Origin: a virus
Lineage: Duplodnaviria; Caudoviricetes
Length of the DNA stretch: 64,000 nt
Virus record (IMG/VR): IMGVR_UViG_3300043436_003602
Coordinates: 181 to 64,180 of that record
Direction: 5' to 3' (one strand)
A program made the position numbers and the translations under genes. The notes under the pieces are model-generated. The model did no database searches, was not told where the DNA came from, and worked only from the letters and a program-made list of their open reading frames with translations. Shown here one piece after another: positions 26,414-36,450 of the stretch; position 1 is the first letter of the stretch; the number at the start of each line of letters is the position of its first letter.

Positions 26414-28782
26414 GGCTTCACCGTAATAAACTTTACCGAGCTTGCTTCGTGGAAGTTCTTCATGAACTCCTCAAAGGTCATCGTGTCATCGTAGAACCTA
26501 CACAGGAAGTAGTAAGAGAAATCAGCGGTCACCACCGCACCGTCGGCAACCGGGGTATCAAACAGAACTTGCGGATAGGTGTTGTTGGTTATCCCATTGT
26601 TATACCACAGCTGATAGTCGCCGGGGCCTACCAACGAGCCGTTGACGTAAACCGCCATCAGCGAGTTGATGAACCCGACGGGCTCCTCGTAGTTGAGGCC
26701 TACGGATCGGCATAAAGTAAAGTTTGTGCGGAAGCCGTCTCCCGTTCCGATGTAGCCTGCCGTAACCGTGTTGTTCTCGGGATCGGTGAAGGCGAACCGG
26801 TTGCCTCGGCCCTTCATCGATTGGAAGAAACTGAGCAGGGCTTGGAACGACTGAGCGCCGTCGCTCTTCAACCCCTCATACCGAAGGGTGAACTCCCACC
26901 GCGGATACACTGCTCGAGGTGACCTGATCTCCTTGCCCGACGCATGGAGTGAGACGAGGGTGTTGAACACCGGCGACCGCAGGACGCTCCACCCGAGTTG
27001 ACTGAGCACGGGAAAGACTGGGTAAGTCGGGAGTGCTTGGCTTGCAGCATAGGTTGGCCAGTCATCTTGATTGTAGACCCACCCGTCTCGACAAACCTGG
27101 GGACGTGCCCAGACAAGCGCCTCAGGGTATCCCTTGAGAGCTCGAGCTTGCCAGATCGCCTTGTCAATCTTGTCCCAGATAAAGGTGGTAGCCGGGAGCA
27201 AGTTGAAGCCTGAGAAGTATTGGCAGTCCGCTGCGGTATAGCCAAGGTCCCGGATCGGAACATCGAGGTCGCTTCGCTGAAGGTCGAAGTTACCGAACTC
27301 GATAACCTCGTAGTCTTCTACCTGGATAAAGTCCCACTCGGGAGACGACCAACGCGCCTGGGGGAAGTTGACCAACGTGAGCATCGGCGCCAGCGGGTTA
27401 CTAATAGTCGGGGTATAGAACAGCACCGTGCACTGAGTACCGGGATATGCTGCCTTGACCTCATCCTTGAGCCAAGTAGTTACTTCTCCCAACTTATTCT
27501 CAAGCCATAGTAAGAAGTTTGTCTGCGCTGTTGAGCTATAGTCATCATAGATGGTTCTAAGGAAGGGTGTGGGGACGGGATTTCCCGTATCAGCAAGATA
27601 CTCTGCCCGAGCATAAGTGTCGTAGAAACAAGGGCCATCCCCACGAAAGCCGCCTGCCCACCACCAGGGCTCACCCACCTGATAAAGCGTGGTCGCTCCT
27701 GCCGCCACACTCAGGCCGACGAAGTCGACTGCTACGTCTCGAAGATAGTTCATTCCGTCAACGCTTGAGGGGGAGACAAAGGTTGAGCTCGGACTCCACC
27801 CGGACTCGGACTGCTGTCCCTTCCAGTCATACTGTGCCCAAGCAAGAGGGCAGTACTCCTTGAGCAACTCGAACGAGACTGATATAATAACCGCAACGCC
27901 TCTAGCCGCAAGCCGAGCACAGAAGTCGGTAACCCACTGCTGTGTGGGGACGTTGAGCGTGGGCTTTGCGGTATCGATGATGAACCGACTCTCCCCGGCG
28001 TTCCAGGTCAAAGACAGGAATTGAGTAAAGCCGACATACAAAACAACCTGACCTCGATAGCCTAGGTTGACTATCTGTTCAACTACCCGCGCCGGTGTCA
28101 TCGGGTAGCTATCTGCATAGCCATCCGCAATGTAGAGATCGTGCGCCGGCAAGCCAGCATTATTATACCCCACAGTCGAGTTTGTGCCCGTGACAGAGAC
28201 GTTGGTGAAAACTGCCTCGAACTCGACTTCCGGGGTAAGCGGCGTCTGTGAACCCGGGGTGTATCCGGGAGGAACAAACCCAATAAAGACATTATCGATA
28301 AAGTCCCAGGGAATAACTCCATCTGCGAGAATACCGGCAAAGACGTTTGGGAACGGCAGTCTAAAGGAGCCGGTCCGGCTGCTGGGTGATCCCGCAGTCA
28401 TGTAATTCTGGAGGTAGACGAAGTAGGGCTTACCGGAAAGGTCTGTCACAGTCATGGTCAAGCGGTTAAGCCCGCCATTGGCGGCGTCATTGATAGTCGG
28501 GCAGTTGGTATAGGTAAGATCAAAAGCCCAAGTGCAGTTGCTCCAGTCGGAGTCTTGCTCATAGCTGTAAAGCGGGTGACCCCACTTGTCCTTCGACCGC
28601 CAGAAAAGCCCGACAAGATTGCTGAGCTCCCGGAGAATGCCTTTGAGGGTAAATGCGTTCGGCCCCGTAGTCACGACTGTAGCGACTGCAGAAATGTCAA
28701 AGTCCACGTCCATAAACGCGGGCTCGAACTTGCGGATCGTCGTGTTAAACGTCCGCGGCTGTTGTGGGACCAGGTAGCTCAT
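26410..28782 (-). CDS. tail protein: N-terminal TIM-barrel-like region fused to a second DUF2460 domain
   Basis: QVGEPWWW and DFIQVEDY motifs; C-terminal ~200 aa aligns with the DUF2460 gene next door. Confidence 0.75.
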   Translation of the reverse strand: MSYLVPQQPRTFNTTIRKFEPAFMDVDFDISAVATVVTTGPNAFTLKGILRELSNLVGLFWRSKDKWGHPLYSYEQDSDWSNCTWAFDLTYTNCPTINDAANGGLNRLTMTVTDLSGKPYFVYLQNYMTAGSPSSRTGSFRLPFPNVFAGILADGVIPWDFIDNVFIGFVPPGYTPGSQTPLTPEVEFEAVFTNVSVTGTNSTVGYNNAGLPAHDLYIADGYADSYPMTPARVVEQIVNLGYRGQVVLYVGFTQFLSLTWNAGESRFIIDTAKPTLNVPTQQWVTDFCARLAARGVAVIISVSFELLKEYCPLAWAQYDWKGQQSESGWSPSSTFVSPSSVDGMNYLRDVAVDFVGLSVAAGATTLYQVGEPWWWAGGFRGDGPCFYDTYARAEYLADTGNPVPTPFLRTIYDDYSSTAQTNFLLWLENKLGEVTTWLKDEVKAAYPGTQCTVLFYTPTISNPLAPMLTLVNFPQARWSSPEWDFIQVEDYEVIEFGNFDLQRSDLDVPIRDLGYTAADCQYFSGFNLLPATTFIWDKIDKAIWQARALKGYPEALVWARPQVCRDGWVYNQDDWPTYAASQALPTYPVFPVLSQLGWSVLRSPVFNTLVSLHASGKEIRSPRAVYPRWEFTLRYEGLKSDGAQSFQALLSFFQSMKGRGNRFAFTDPENNTVTAGYIGTGDGFRTNFTLCRSVGLNYEEPVGFINSLMAVYVNGSLVGPGDYQLWYNNGITNNTYPQVLFDTPVADGAVVTADFSYYFLCRFYDDTMTFEEFMKNFHEASSVKFITVKP

Positions 28783-31700
28783 GGTATACTCAATTCCCTG
28801 TTACGGATTGCATTCTTGATAACTTTAACCATCGTCCCGGCATGACGTTCCATCTCGGATTGCGTCATCGAGCCCGGTGCGTGGAAGTGCATCGGTGGCA
28901 ACCGCGGTTCACCACGGCCGCTGTCACCGAAGTCGGTCGAACGAGTAATTGAGGTGGAGCTTGCCGCACTCAGGATATTCCCCGAAGCGTTCTTCGGGGC
29001 AAGGCTACCGCCCCCGATGCTGGAACGCAAGGGGTTGGCAATCCAAGCCGGCAAGACCATTTCGTCTTTGTGAAGTTCAGTGATCTGTCCGTCATACGGA
29101 ACACGTTCCTGACCGCCCCTTGCCGAGATCAAAGCCCCGAACCCGAGCACCGCGGCAAGGGCAGCTGCAGCCGCAACGGGCGCAGAGACCGGACCGAGGA
29201 ACGGGATGACCACAGTCGAGCTAAACGCACCAGCAGCAGACGTGGCCGCCAGCGTAGTGATGTTGGCAACGCCCGCAGTTGCGTTAGCCGCGGTCGACGC
29301 AGCAGCGCCGGCCACTGCAGCACCCGCCTTGATACCCTCCGCCGCTACGGTCGCTCCGGTCGTCGCCGCGATGATACCCGTCTCGGTAGCTGCACTCGCG
29401 ACCTTTGCACCCGTCTGCACCGTCTGAGCAGTGATCGTTGCACCCGTCTGAGCAGCTTGCCCGGCAACAACCGCCGCAGTTTCCTGAGCAGTCGTCGCCG
29501 TGGTAACTGCCTTCTTGGTAAATTGGGCAACGATCCAGTTTTCGACCATCTTCAAGCCCATGTCGAAAAACTTGTAGACAAGCTGATCGGCAATCTGAAC
29601 CATCGCATCCCGGAAAGAAATCGACCGAGTCCACAGGCCTTGGAGCGCGGAGCCCATCGACTGTGTCAAGGTCGAGGCGACCTCCCGCCACTTCTGAGCC
29701 TGAAGGGCAGCGGACTGGTTGGCCATGGTGTTTACGTCTCGGACATACTGACGGTTCATCACCGCCATACGGCCATTATGCTCAGCCTCAAGCTGTTCCA
29801 GCTGAGACAGTATCTGCTGACGTTGTTCCACAGGCAGGTTAGCGAGAGCGAGCTGATCCCGCATCGCTTGAGCACGAAGCTCAAAAAGCCTCTGCTCATG
29901 GGCTACGTTATCCGCATACTCCTCATCCATCAGTCGGCCTCGCTCAAGCAAAGCCTCCTGCTCATTGATAAGTCCATTCTGGGAATTAAAGTCTACGTTA
30001 TCCCCTCGTTGACCGCGATCAATCTCCTCGATGGAGTTACGAGCATCCTGTTCCTGTTGAGCCAAAGCAAGCCGCTGGTTAATGGCGCTCCTTTGCTCAT
30101 CCAACAGCGCCCGATCCCGGCGACGCTCGATTGCAAGCCTTTCTCGGTTCCCCCGAATAACCTCTCGGCTCTCATCACCATAGAAAGACCTTAGTGCTTC
30201 AATTTTCTGGTCTTGGAGTTCCAGCTGTCTATCGAAGTCTCCCTCTGCAATTTGCTGTTGGTACTCGATGTCTTCTACATAGGCCTGAAGAGCTTCTTGC
30301 CGAGCCTGCCGTTGCTCCTGAAATACCTGAGAAGTCTCGCCCTGGTTAGTAGGCTTACCCACAATGGAGGCGGGTGCCTCGATGTGCATGTGGTTGGTAT
30401 GCTGCTCCCCGGCACTCCCGGTTCGACGAGGGATCAGTTGGCCAGGCCCGTCACCGCCGGGCTCGTAGATACGACCGTTCCACAGCACTCGGTAACCACG
30501 GGACTGATAAGACCGAGCAAGGGCGTCAAACCGAGTCCGGGTTCCCGGGTCGTCGGCCTCCACAACGCCCGTTCCCACATTGACATCAATGGCGTTGGTA
30601 TGAGCGCTCCTGTGGGCACCTGGGGTAATCCCGCCGAACAGCGGGTTCTCGCTCACCCGAAGGCCTTGACCTTGCAACTCACGGCCGGCCATCTGAAGAG
30701 CCTGGCCCCGACTGCGGAATACCTGGACGCCTTCACCATAAGCTTGGTTTGTCTCACGGGCTTGGTCAGTAAGCCGACGCTCTGCCTGCTCACGCCGGCG
30801 CATCGCCGCCTCAAACCCTTGCTGAAGTCGAGCCTGTGCAGCAAGCAGGGCGGTACGATCCCGAACGGGGTGAAGGTTCCTCGTTTCCTGCTCATAGATA
30901 CGCTGAAGCCGGGTCTCCTCGTCATCGTAGGCATTGCGGATAGCTGCGCGAGGATCAGTGGCTGCTTCCGCGTCACCCCGGACACTACGTATCTCAACCT
31001 GTTGCTGAGCCCGTCGAGCGGTGCTGTAAGTCGCCTCTGCTTGACGGAGTGTTTCTTGCGCCTGACGGAGTCGAGCGTTAGCGGCCGCGTAGGCCCCCGT
31101 CGCAGCCTCAAGCCCTCGACCTGTGGCTGTCTGCTGTGCTCGTGCTGCTGCTTCTTCTGCTCGCTCAGCAGCGGCAAGTTCATCGCTTGCGGTATTCCGC
31201 CGACGCTCTGCTTCGGCAAGGCCAATTCCTGCGCGTTGACGGTCAAGCTCAAGGGCTTCACGGTTGTTGACGTTCGCCCGTTCTTGTTCACGATTGAAGT
31301 CTTCCAGGGCTTTGGTCAAGTCCTCAAGGGTTGCCTTGCGAACCTTCTCAGCGTCGAGCAAGTCAAGGGTAGCCTTTTCAGCTTCCTTCGTCTTGCCCAT
31401 CATCAAGCCGAGGAACAATGTAAAGCCGATGATAGCAGCACCCCAAGGCCCGGCCATGAAAGCCGCAACACGTCCCACAGTGCCGCCCATCCCCGCGAGT
31501 GCAGCCGCAGTCTGACCGCCCTGCTGTGCAAGGATCACCAGCGGGCTAATCCCGGAGGCGAGTGATGCCGTAACGTCCTGAGCCTGATAACCAAGCTGGA
31601 CATACATAGAGTTCATTTGACCCATCGACCGGACGTTGACGTCCATCTGGGCCTTGGCCTGCTGCTGTATCTTCGCCCACTCACCTGTGGCCAACTTGTT

Positions 31701-32816
31701 TTGCAGCAAGAGCTGGGTAGCCTGCCGCATCACTTGGTTATAGCGTTGCTGCGAGGCGAAGACTGGATCAATACTTGCGCGTAGTTGCTGAGCAGCGGCG
31801 TTGGCCTCGCGTTCTGCAGCAGCCCGTCGGCGAGTAGCCTCGGCGGCTTCACGAGCAGCAGCGATAGTTAGACGTTCCGCTGCCCGTTTCTGGCCTGCCG
31901 CTGCTCGAGCCTCAGCAGCTGCTGCCCTGATAGCTTCTCTTTCTGCTTGCTTAGCAGCTCTTACTTCATTTGCGGCTTGCTGAGCAGCAGCGCCTTCGAC
32001 AGAAGCCTGAGTTCGTGCCAACTGAATAGCACGGTTCGAGTAGTCCTCAGCAGCCTGACGTGCTCGCTGAGCCTGAGCCTGTAGCGATGCCGCAGCACGT
32101 TGCGATGACGCCTCGGCAGCACGGGCTGCTAGGTCCCAGGCTCGCTGAGCAGCACGGGCGGCGGCTTCCTCTGCACGTTGCCGGGCGTATGCGAGTTGGG
32201 CTACCGACCCATCCGTTGCAATGGAGCCGGGAGCCACTCCTCGAGTACTTGGGCTTGCGGCAGTCTGGGCAAGCTTCCTGGCTTCAAGTGCGGCTTGTCG
32301 AGCAGTTTGTGCAGACAACCTCATGGCTGCCTGTTCCCGACGCTGTGCGGCTTCCACAGCTGCGGCAGCTTCACGGGCAGCTCGAGCCTTTTCCGCCGTA
32401 GCTACTCGGGACGCTTGGCGTTCTGCCTCGGCTGATGCTCGAGCTTCTGCTCTTTGCTGCGCCGCCTGTTGACGAGCCTGAGCCGCTGCGGCCTTGGCCG
32501 ATTGACTGCTGCGATTGATCGACTCGATCTGAGCATCCAGGGCTGCCTTCGCTGCATGAGCGCCTGCAGCATAGTCGTCCTGGGAGATACGGCCCGCCGC
32601 CAAAAGCCGCTGGTTGTCAGCCAGCGTCTTGTTGTATCGCTCGGTTGCAGCAAAGGCGGGATCGATGCTACTCTTGAGACGACGGAACGCGGTGTCGAGT
32701 TCCTTCGCCTCCTTGTTGACGTTGCGGATCGAAGTAGTTGCCCGCTTCGATCCTTGCTCAACGCCTGACGGGTCCGAGCCGATGTTGATATTCAGGTTTT
32801 CGGTTTCGTCAGCCAT
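28779..32816 (-). CDS. tape measure protein with internal metallopeptidase-like domain
   Basis: 1345 aa, Ala/Gln/Arg helical; QLGYQAQDV...QQGGQ motif; H...AIDV...HMH insert. Confidence 0.9.
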   Translation of the reverse strand: MADETENLNINIGSDPSGVEQGSKRATTSIRNVNKEAKELDTAFRRLKSSIDPAFAATERYNKTLADNQRLLAAGRISQDDYAAGAHAAKAALDAQIESINRSSQSAKAAAAQARQQAAQQRAEARASAEAERQASRVATAEKARAAREAAAAVEAAQRREQAAMRLSAQTARQAALEARKLAQTAASPSTRGVAPGSIATDGSVAQLAYARQRAEEAAARAAQRAWDLAARAAEASSQRAAASLQAQAQRARQAAEDYSNRAIQLARTQASVEGAAAQQAANEVRAAKQAEREAIRAAAAEARAAAGQKRAAERLTIAAAREAAEATRRRAAAEREANAAAQQLRASIDPVFASQQRYNQVMRQATQLLLQNKLATGEWAKIQQQAKAQMDVNVRSMGQMNSMYVQLGYQAQDVTASLASGISPLVILAQQGGQTAAALAGMGGTVGRVAAFMAGPWGAAIIGFTLFLGLMMGKTKEAEKATLDLLDAEKVRKATLEDLTKALEDFNREQERANVNNREALELDRQRAGIGLAEAERRRNTASDELAAAERAEEAAARAQQTATGRGLEAATGAYAAANARLRQAQETLRQAEATYSTARRAQQQVEIRSVRGDAEAATDPRAAIRNAYDDEETRLQRIYEQETRNLHPVRDRTALLAAQARLQQGFEAAMRRREQAERRLTDQARETNQAYGEGVQVFRSRGQALQMAGRELQGQGLRVSENPLFGGITPGAHRSAHTNAIDVNVGTGVVEADDPGTRTRFDALARSYQSRGYRVLWNGRIYEPGGDGPGQLIPRRTGSAGEQHTNHMHIEAPASIVGKPTNQGETSQVFQEQRQARQEALQAYVEDIEYQQQIAEGDFDRQLELQDQKIEALRSFYGDESREVIRGNRERLAIERRRDRALLDEQRSAINQRLALAQQEQDARNSIEEIDRGQRGDNVDFNSQNGLINEQEALLERGRLMDEEYADNVAHEQRLFELRAQAMRDQLALANLPVEQRQQILSQLEQLEAEHNGRMAVMNRQYVRDVNTMANQSAALQAQKWREVASTLTQSMGSALQGLWTRSISFRDAMVQIADQLVYKFFDMGLKMVENWIVAQFTKKAVTTATTAQETAAVVAGQAAQTGATITAQTVQTGAKVASAATETGIIAATTGATVAAEGIKAGAAVAGAAASTAANATAGVANITTLAATSAAGAFSSTVVIPFLGPVSAPVAAAAALAAVLGFGALISARGGQERVPYDGQITELHKDEMVLPAWIANPLRSSIGGGSLAPKNASGNILSAASSTSITRSTDFGDSGRGEPRLPPMHFHAPGSMTQSEMERHAGTMVKVIKNAIRNRELSIP

Positions 32817-33130
32817 TTAACACTCCGCCAGAACCAGAGAGTAGTTGGGCAAGGTCGTTTAAGTTACCGACATCACCCTTTGTCCCGATTGGTTTATTCG
32901 CAGGCCGAGCCTCATTGCTCGACCCTTTCTTCCCATCCTTCTTACCAATCAAGCCAAGGTATCCCGCAACAGCGATGTAGACGGGTGGTCCAAACTTCTC
33001 CCAGTGATCGACCATTCGGTCATACTTGACAAGGGACCACTTCTTCCTTACGCCGTTCCAGCTTCCTCCTTCGCATCCGGCTGCAACGAGCTCGGCAATG
33101 ATTGGGCTGAAGTCTCCATTGAAGGGTTCG
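32809..33130 (-). CDS. tail assembly chaperone C-terminal (frameshift) part
   Basis: -1 frame open across the end of the upstream chaperone (PFNGDFSPIIAELV...WEKFGPP); boundary approximate. Confidence 0.65.
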
Positions 33131-33512
33131 GAGCTTCCTCCTCCCCCTCTTCGGCTTCCCCCTCTTCGGGTTCCAGCCCGGCCTCCCGGGTGATCTCGAC
33201 AACCGACTCGCGGATACCGGAGATCTCAGTGGCCTTGGTTTTCCGCTTCAGGAACTTGGCGACCAGCGCAAAGACTTGGTCATCCCGATCCTCTGTGGGC
33301 TTGATGTCCTCAGGCTTGATCCCGTATGTATCAAGCTCAAAGTTGTCAGCCTCCACAAGGCCCGCGGCGATGATGTGGATTGCCGCAGATACGCCCTTCA
33401 TCGGGTCGAGAGCGGTCATCGCCTCTTCGATAAAGGGCCAGGCGCGTTCAAGCGCAACGAAGTTCAGTTCGGGCACCTCATACTTGGTGCCCCCGATAAT
33501 TGCCTTAGCCAT
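33048..33512 (-). CDS. tail assembly chaperone
   Basis: Between major tail and tape measure genes; AGGAGG RBS. Confidence 0.75.
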   Translation of the reverse strand: MAKAIIGGTKYEVPELNFVALERAWPFIEEAMTALDPMKGVSAAIHIIAAGLVEADNFELDTYGIKPEDIKPTEDRDDQVFALVAKFLKRKTKATEISGIRESVVEITREAGLEPEEGEAEEGEEEAPNPSMETSAQSLPSSLQPDAKEEAGTA

Positions 33513-33582
33513 TGGTTGTCCCTCCTTTGGCGGTTGAAGTAGGTGGGCGGGGTCAACCGAAGTATCACCCGCCCACAGTCGA

Positions 33583-34335
33583 TCAGGCGCCGCCGCCGGT
33601 GATCGAGGTGGTCGACAGCTTCAGAACACGGTTGGCCGCGTCGGCGTGAGCCGAACCCGACAGCTCCGCGATCAAGTAATCGTCCATCTTCAGCGGCAGG
33701 GACAGCTTGTCCGCCACAGCCGAGTACAGGATGATCGTGAAGCTTTTGCCGTCATACAGCTGCGAGGCAACCAGCTGGAACTTGGGCGTCGAGCCCATCA
33801 GCTGATTGGTCACGGTCAGCGTTCCGCCGTTTGCGCCTTCATACATATAGTTGAAGAGCAAAGCAGCCGAAGCCTGCGCTACGTTGAAGGTGTAGACACC
33901 CGCAGCGCTGACCGTGTATTCGCCCGCAGCCGGCGTGGCAGCAACCTGCTTGAGAGGCAGGCCGGTGGTTGCGAAGTAGACGCCCTGGTCCATGAAGAAG
34001 TTGGCCGCATTCGCAACGGTCCGGTTATAGGGAGCCATCGCGGGAACGGTTCCCGTCTCGTTGAAGACCTGGAGAAGCTCATCGCCGGCTTCAACTGTTT
34101 GGCCGAAATAGACCTCGTTGAAGGCGGTCGCATCGATGTTACCCGTTGCAGCCTTCCACTCGACCTTGGTCTTGCCGCGGGCAGTGTCCAGCGCGAACTG
34201 GTACTGACCGTAAAGCTCCTTGATGTCCGCCGACAGTTCGATGGACACGTCCTGCAATGCGCCAAACTTGAGCGGGGCGCCGCCGCCAACCGGGGTAGCG
34301 AAGAGCTGCCCGGTACCGAAGACATACTGTGTCAT
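33583..34335 (-). CDS. major tail (tube) protein
   Basis: Position; FGxG...LQDVSI...KELYG pattern; followed by hairpin 33543-33576. Confidence 0.8.
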   Translation of the reverse strand: MTQYVFGTGQLFATPVGGGAPLKFGALQDVSIELSADIKELYGQYQFALDTARGKTKVEWKAATGNIDATAFNEVYFGQTVEAGDELLQVFNETGTVPAMAPYNRTVANAANFFMDQGVYFATTGLPLKQVAATPAAGEYTVSAAGVYTFNVAQASAALLFNYMYEGANGGTLTVTNQLMGSTPKFQLVASQLYDGKSFTIILYSAVADKLSLPLKMDDYLIAELSGSAHADAANRVLKLSTTSITGGGA

Positions 34336-34616
34336 GCCTTATTCTCCTCATCGATCATCGAAGCAAGCTCGGGCAGCCGCTTCATCAGGTAGTTGAAGGC
34401 CTCGGTGTTACGGGAGATGGGCGAACCATGAACCCGCTTCGAGACCCACTTGTGAATGGCCCGCAGGGTCGGCGTTTCCTCGAACGTCTCCGAAGTCGGG
34501 AGCTCGGGCTCCGGTTCGGCCACGGCCGGGGAGGCCTTTGCTGCTTCCACAGTCGGTTCGGGCTTGGTAGCCTTTGCGCCTGGGCCAGTGGAATTCTTCT
34601 TATCTTCGCTCATCAT
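34332..34616 (-). CDS. hypothetical virion-region protein
   Basis: GGAGG RBS; ATGA overlap with tail gene. Confidence 0.6.
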   Translation of the reverse strand: MMSEDKKNSTGPGAKATKPEPTVEAAKASPAVAEPEPELPTSETFEETPTLRAIHKWVSKRVHGSPISRNTEAFNYLMKRLPELASMIDEENKA

Positions 34617-34624
34617 GACCTCCA

Positions 34625-35101
34625 TTATGGTACCAGGAGTTTAATGGGAACAACAATCATCGCCTGGTCGTCGATGTCTCCTGGGTCTCGGAAAATCCGC
34701 CCGCTGATGAAGCAGTGATGGACGAGGCCGCCGAGGGTGTTGCGTTTGTCCAGGAAACCGGGATCATCAGGCCGAGGCTCAAGGGCAAGCCGAACCCCCT
34801 TGATGATAAGATTGTTCTCGATGGCGGGGATCGCCTTCTTGTCCTTGCCTGTGGCATGGTAGATGATCCAGTTTGCTTCGAGCGTCGTTTTGTAGGGCAG
34901 GTTGGTCGTCTGCCCCTCGGTCGACGTATGCTCGGATTGAAAACACGCCGGCTGGGACGCGCTCGGCACGTCACTGAACAGTTGCACCCGGCGGGACACA
35001 ATCTTGAACCTGCGAGCACCTGGCGTATCACCCTGACGCTGCCAGCGAACGTCGGTCATTCTCTGCGCGAGTGTGTAGAAGATCAGTTCCTCATCGATCA
35101 T
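34625..35101 (-). CDS. tail terminator-like protein
   Basis: Position; TLGGLV motif. Confidence 0.7.
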   Translation of the reverse strand: MIDEELIFYTLAQRMTDVRWQRQGDTPGARRFKIVSRRVQLFSDVPSASQPACFQSEHTSTEGQTTNLPYKTTLEANWIIYHATGKDKKAIPAIENNLIIKGVRLALEPRPDDPGFLDKRNTLGGLVHHCFISGRIFRDPGDIDDQAMIVVPIKLLVP

Positions 35102-35634
35102 CGTCCAGCCCTCATTTTAGCACGGATGCCTTTCACCACCGCGTTCTTCACGTCTCGACCAATACGGGGGGACAGCTCGCGGTAAGCATCCCTCATGAAC
35201 CACGTTGGCGGGATCATGCCGCCAGGGTGAAAGACACGGGTGGCAAAAACCTTGTCGCCCGTTGCCGCCATGAAGGCAAGTATCTTAGCCTTCTTCGGAT
35301 AGATCATGTGAGGCGGAGTGGCCGCACCCTCTTCCTGAGCACGAGCATAGGGTATGCCTTCAATGTAGACCTTCCCGTCTACTCGAATGCCGTCATCCAC
35401 GATCTGGACCTTGACGGCGTCTTTCATGTGGGTAGGGCTACCGCTATACTCTTTCGGTTTGTCTTGGGTCTTGTTAAGCCGTGACTCGATATTTGCCCGA
35501 ACCTTGTCGGCCATCTCTTCCGTCAACGCACGGGTCTTTTCCAGCAGAATAGCCCGAACAGTGTCGGGCATTTGCTCAAGGTTCCGAAGGAGGTGTCGAT
35601 CTCCCAGGACCGTCAGTTGAAGAAGGTCAGCCAT
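35098..35634 (-). CDS. tail completion / neck protein (HK97 gp10-like)
   Basis: YARAQEEG...H.I.P...HPG...FMRDA. Confidence 0.7.
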   Translation of the reverse strand: MADLLQLTVLGDRHLLRNLEQMPDTVRAILLEKTRALTEEMADKVRANIESRLNKTQDKPKEYSGSPTHMKDAVKVQIVDDGIRVDGKVYIEGIPYARAQEEGAATPPHMIYPKKAKILAFMAATGDKVFATRVFHPGGMIPPTWFMRDAYRELSPRIGRDVKNAVVKGIRAKMRAGR

Positions 35635-36446
35635 CAGACGGGGATCACATTCCGATAGGGTTGCAGGTATCCGCGGACTGCGTCATTCATATCCGAGTTA
35701 ACGAAAGACACGGACTCCCCGACGCCGCCGGATAGCGACTTCGACAACACCCCGATCCGATCACGGCGCTTATACCACTCACCGATGATTTCCGTAACGC
35801 CGAAGCTAACGTCAGGCGGGCAATAGGCGTAGGTGATGACGGCGGTCTTGGTTGCGTCGTTATTCGAGAAGGTGTAGACCCCACTCTCATCGACCGAGTA
35901 TTGACCCGTTGAAGGATCAGCAGTAACCTTAACAGCAGTCAAACTATTGATGGTAACACCGACGTCTGCTACCCACTGCCCGCCATTAGATGGGGTCACG
36001 GTAACAGTCTCAGGCTCGTCGGACAGCTCAAGCACGTAAGCCTGTGAGGTTCGATACCCCGCCTGATAGATGATTTGGCAAGGAACCCGATAATAGAAAT
36101 GATAGCCGTAAAGCTCAAGCGACTGCGGAGCATCGCGAGCATCACTGACTGTATAGCCCTCGCTGGGAAGGCCGCCTTGGCCGAGTGTGGAGGCCTGAAC
36201 CAAGGAACCCCCGATGCCCACAGAGGAGACGGAGATAACGGGCCAGTTCCGGAGGAGCATCGAAGACTTCCCGTTGCCTCGGAAGTTCTCGGTGAAGGTC
36301 TGTGAAGCGAACCCGCCACGGTTCATGTAGTTGAGGGCGAACTGAGAGGCTGCATCGATGATCCGCGTGAGCAGCTCATCGCTGTCACTCGTATCGATAC
36401 CGAGCCAATCCTTTACGGCGGCAAGAGTGGTCAGCCTCTCAGTCAT
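35634..36446 (-). CDS. head-tail connector (gp6-like) with inserted beta domain
   Basis: LTTLAAVKDWLGI...AAS; C-terminal LQPYR. Confidence 0.75.
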   Translation of the reverse strand: MTERLTTLAAVKDWLGIDTSDSDELLTRIIDAASQFALNYMNRGGFASQTFTENFRGNGKSSMLLRNWPVISVSSVGIGGSLVQASTLGQGGLPSEGYTVSDARDAPQSLELYGYHFYYRVPCQIIYQAGYRTSQAYVLELSDEPETVTVTPSNGGQWVADVGVTINSLTAVKVTADPSTGQYSVDESGVYTFSNNDATKTAVITYAYCPPDVSFGVTEIIGEWYKRRDRIGVLSKSLSGGVGESVSFVNSDMNDAVRGYLQPYRNVIPV

Positions 36447-36450
36447 TCGC

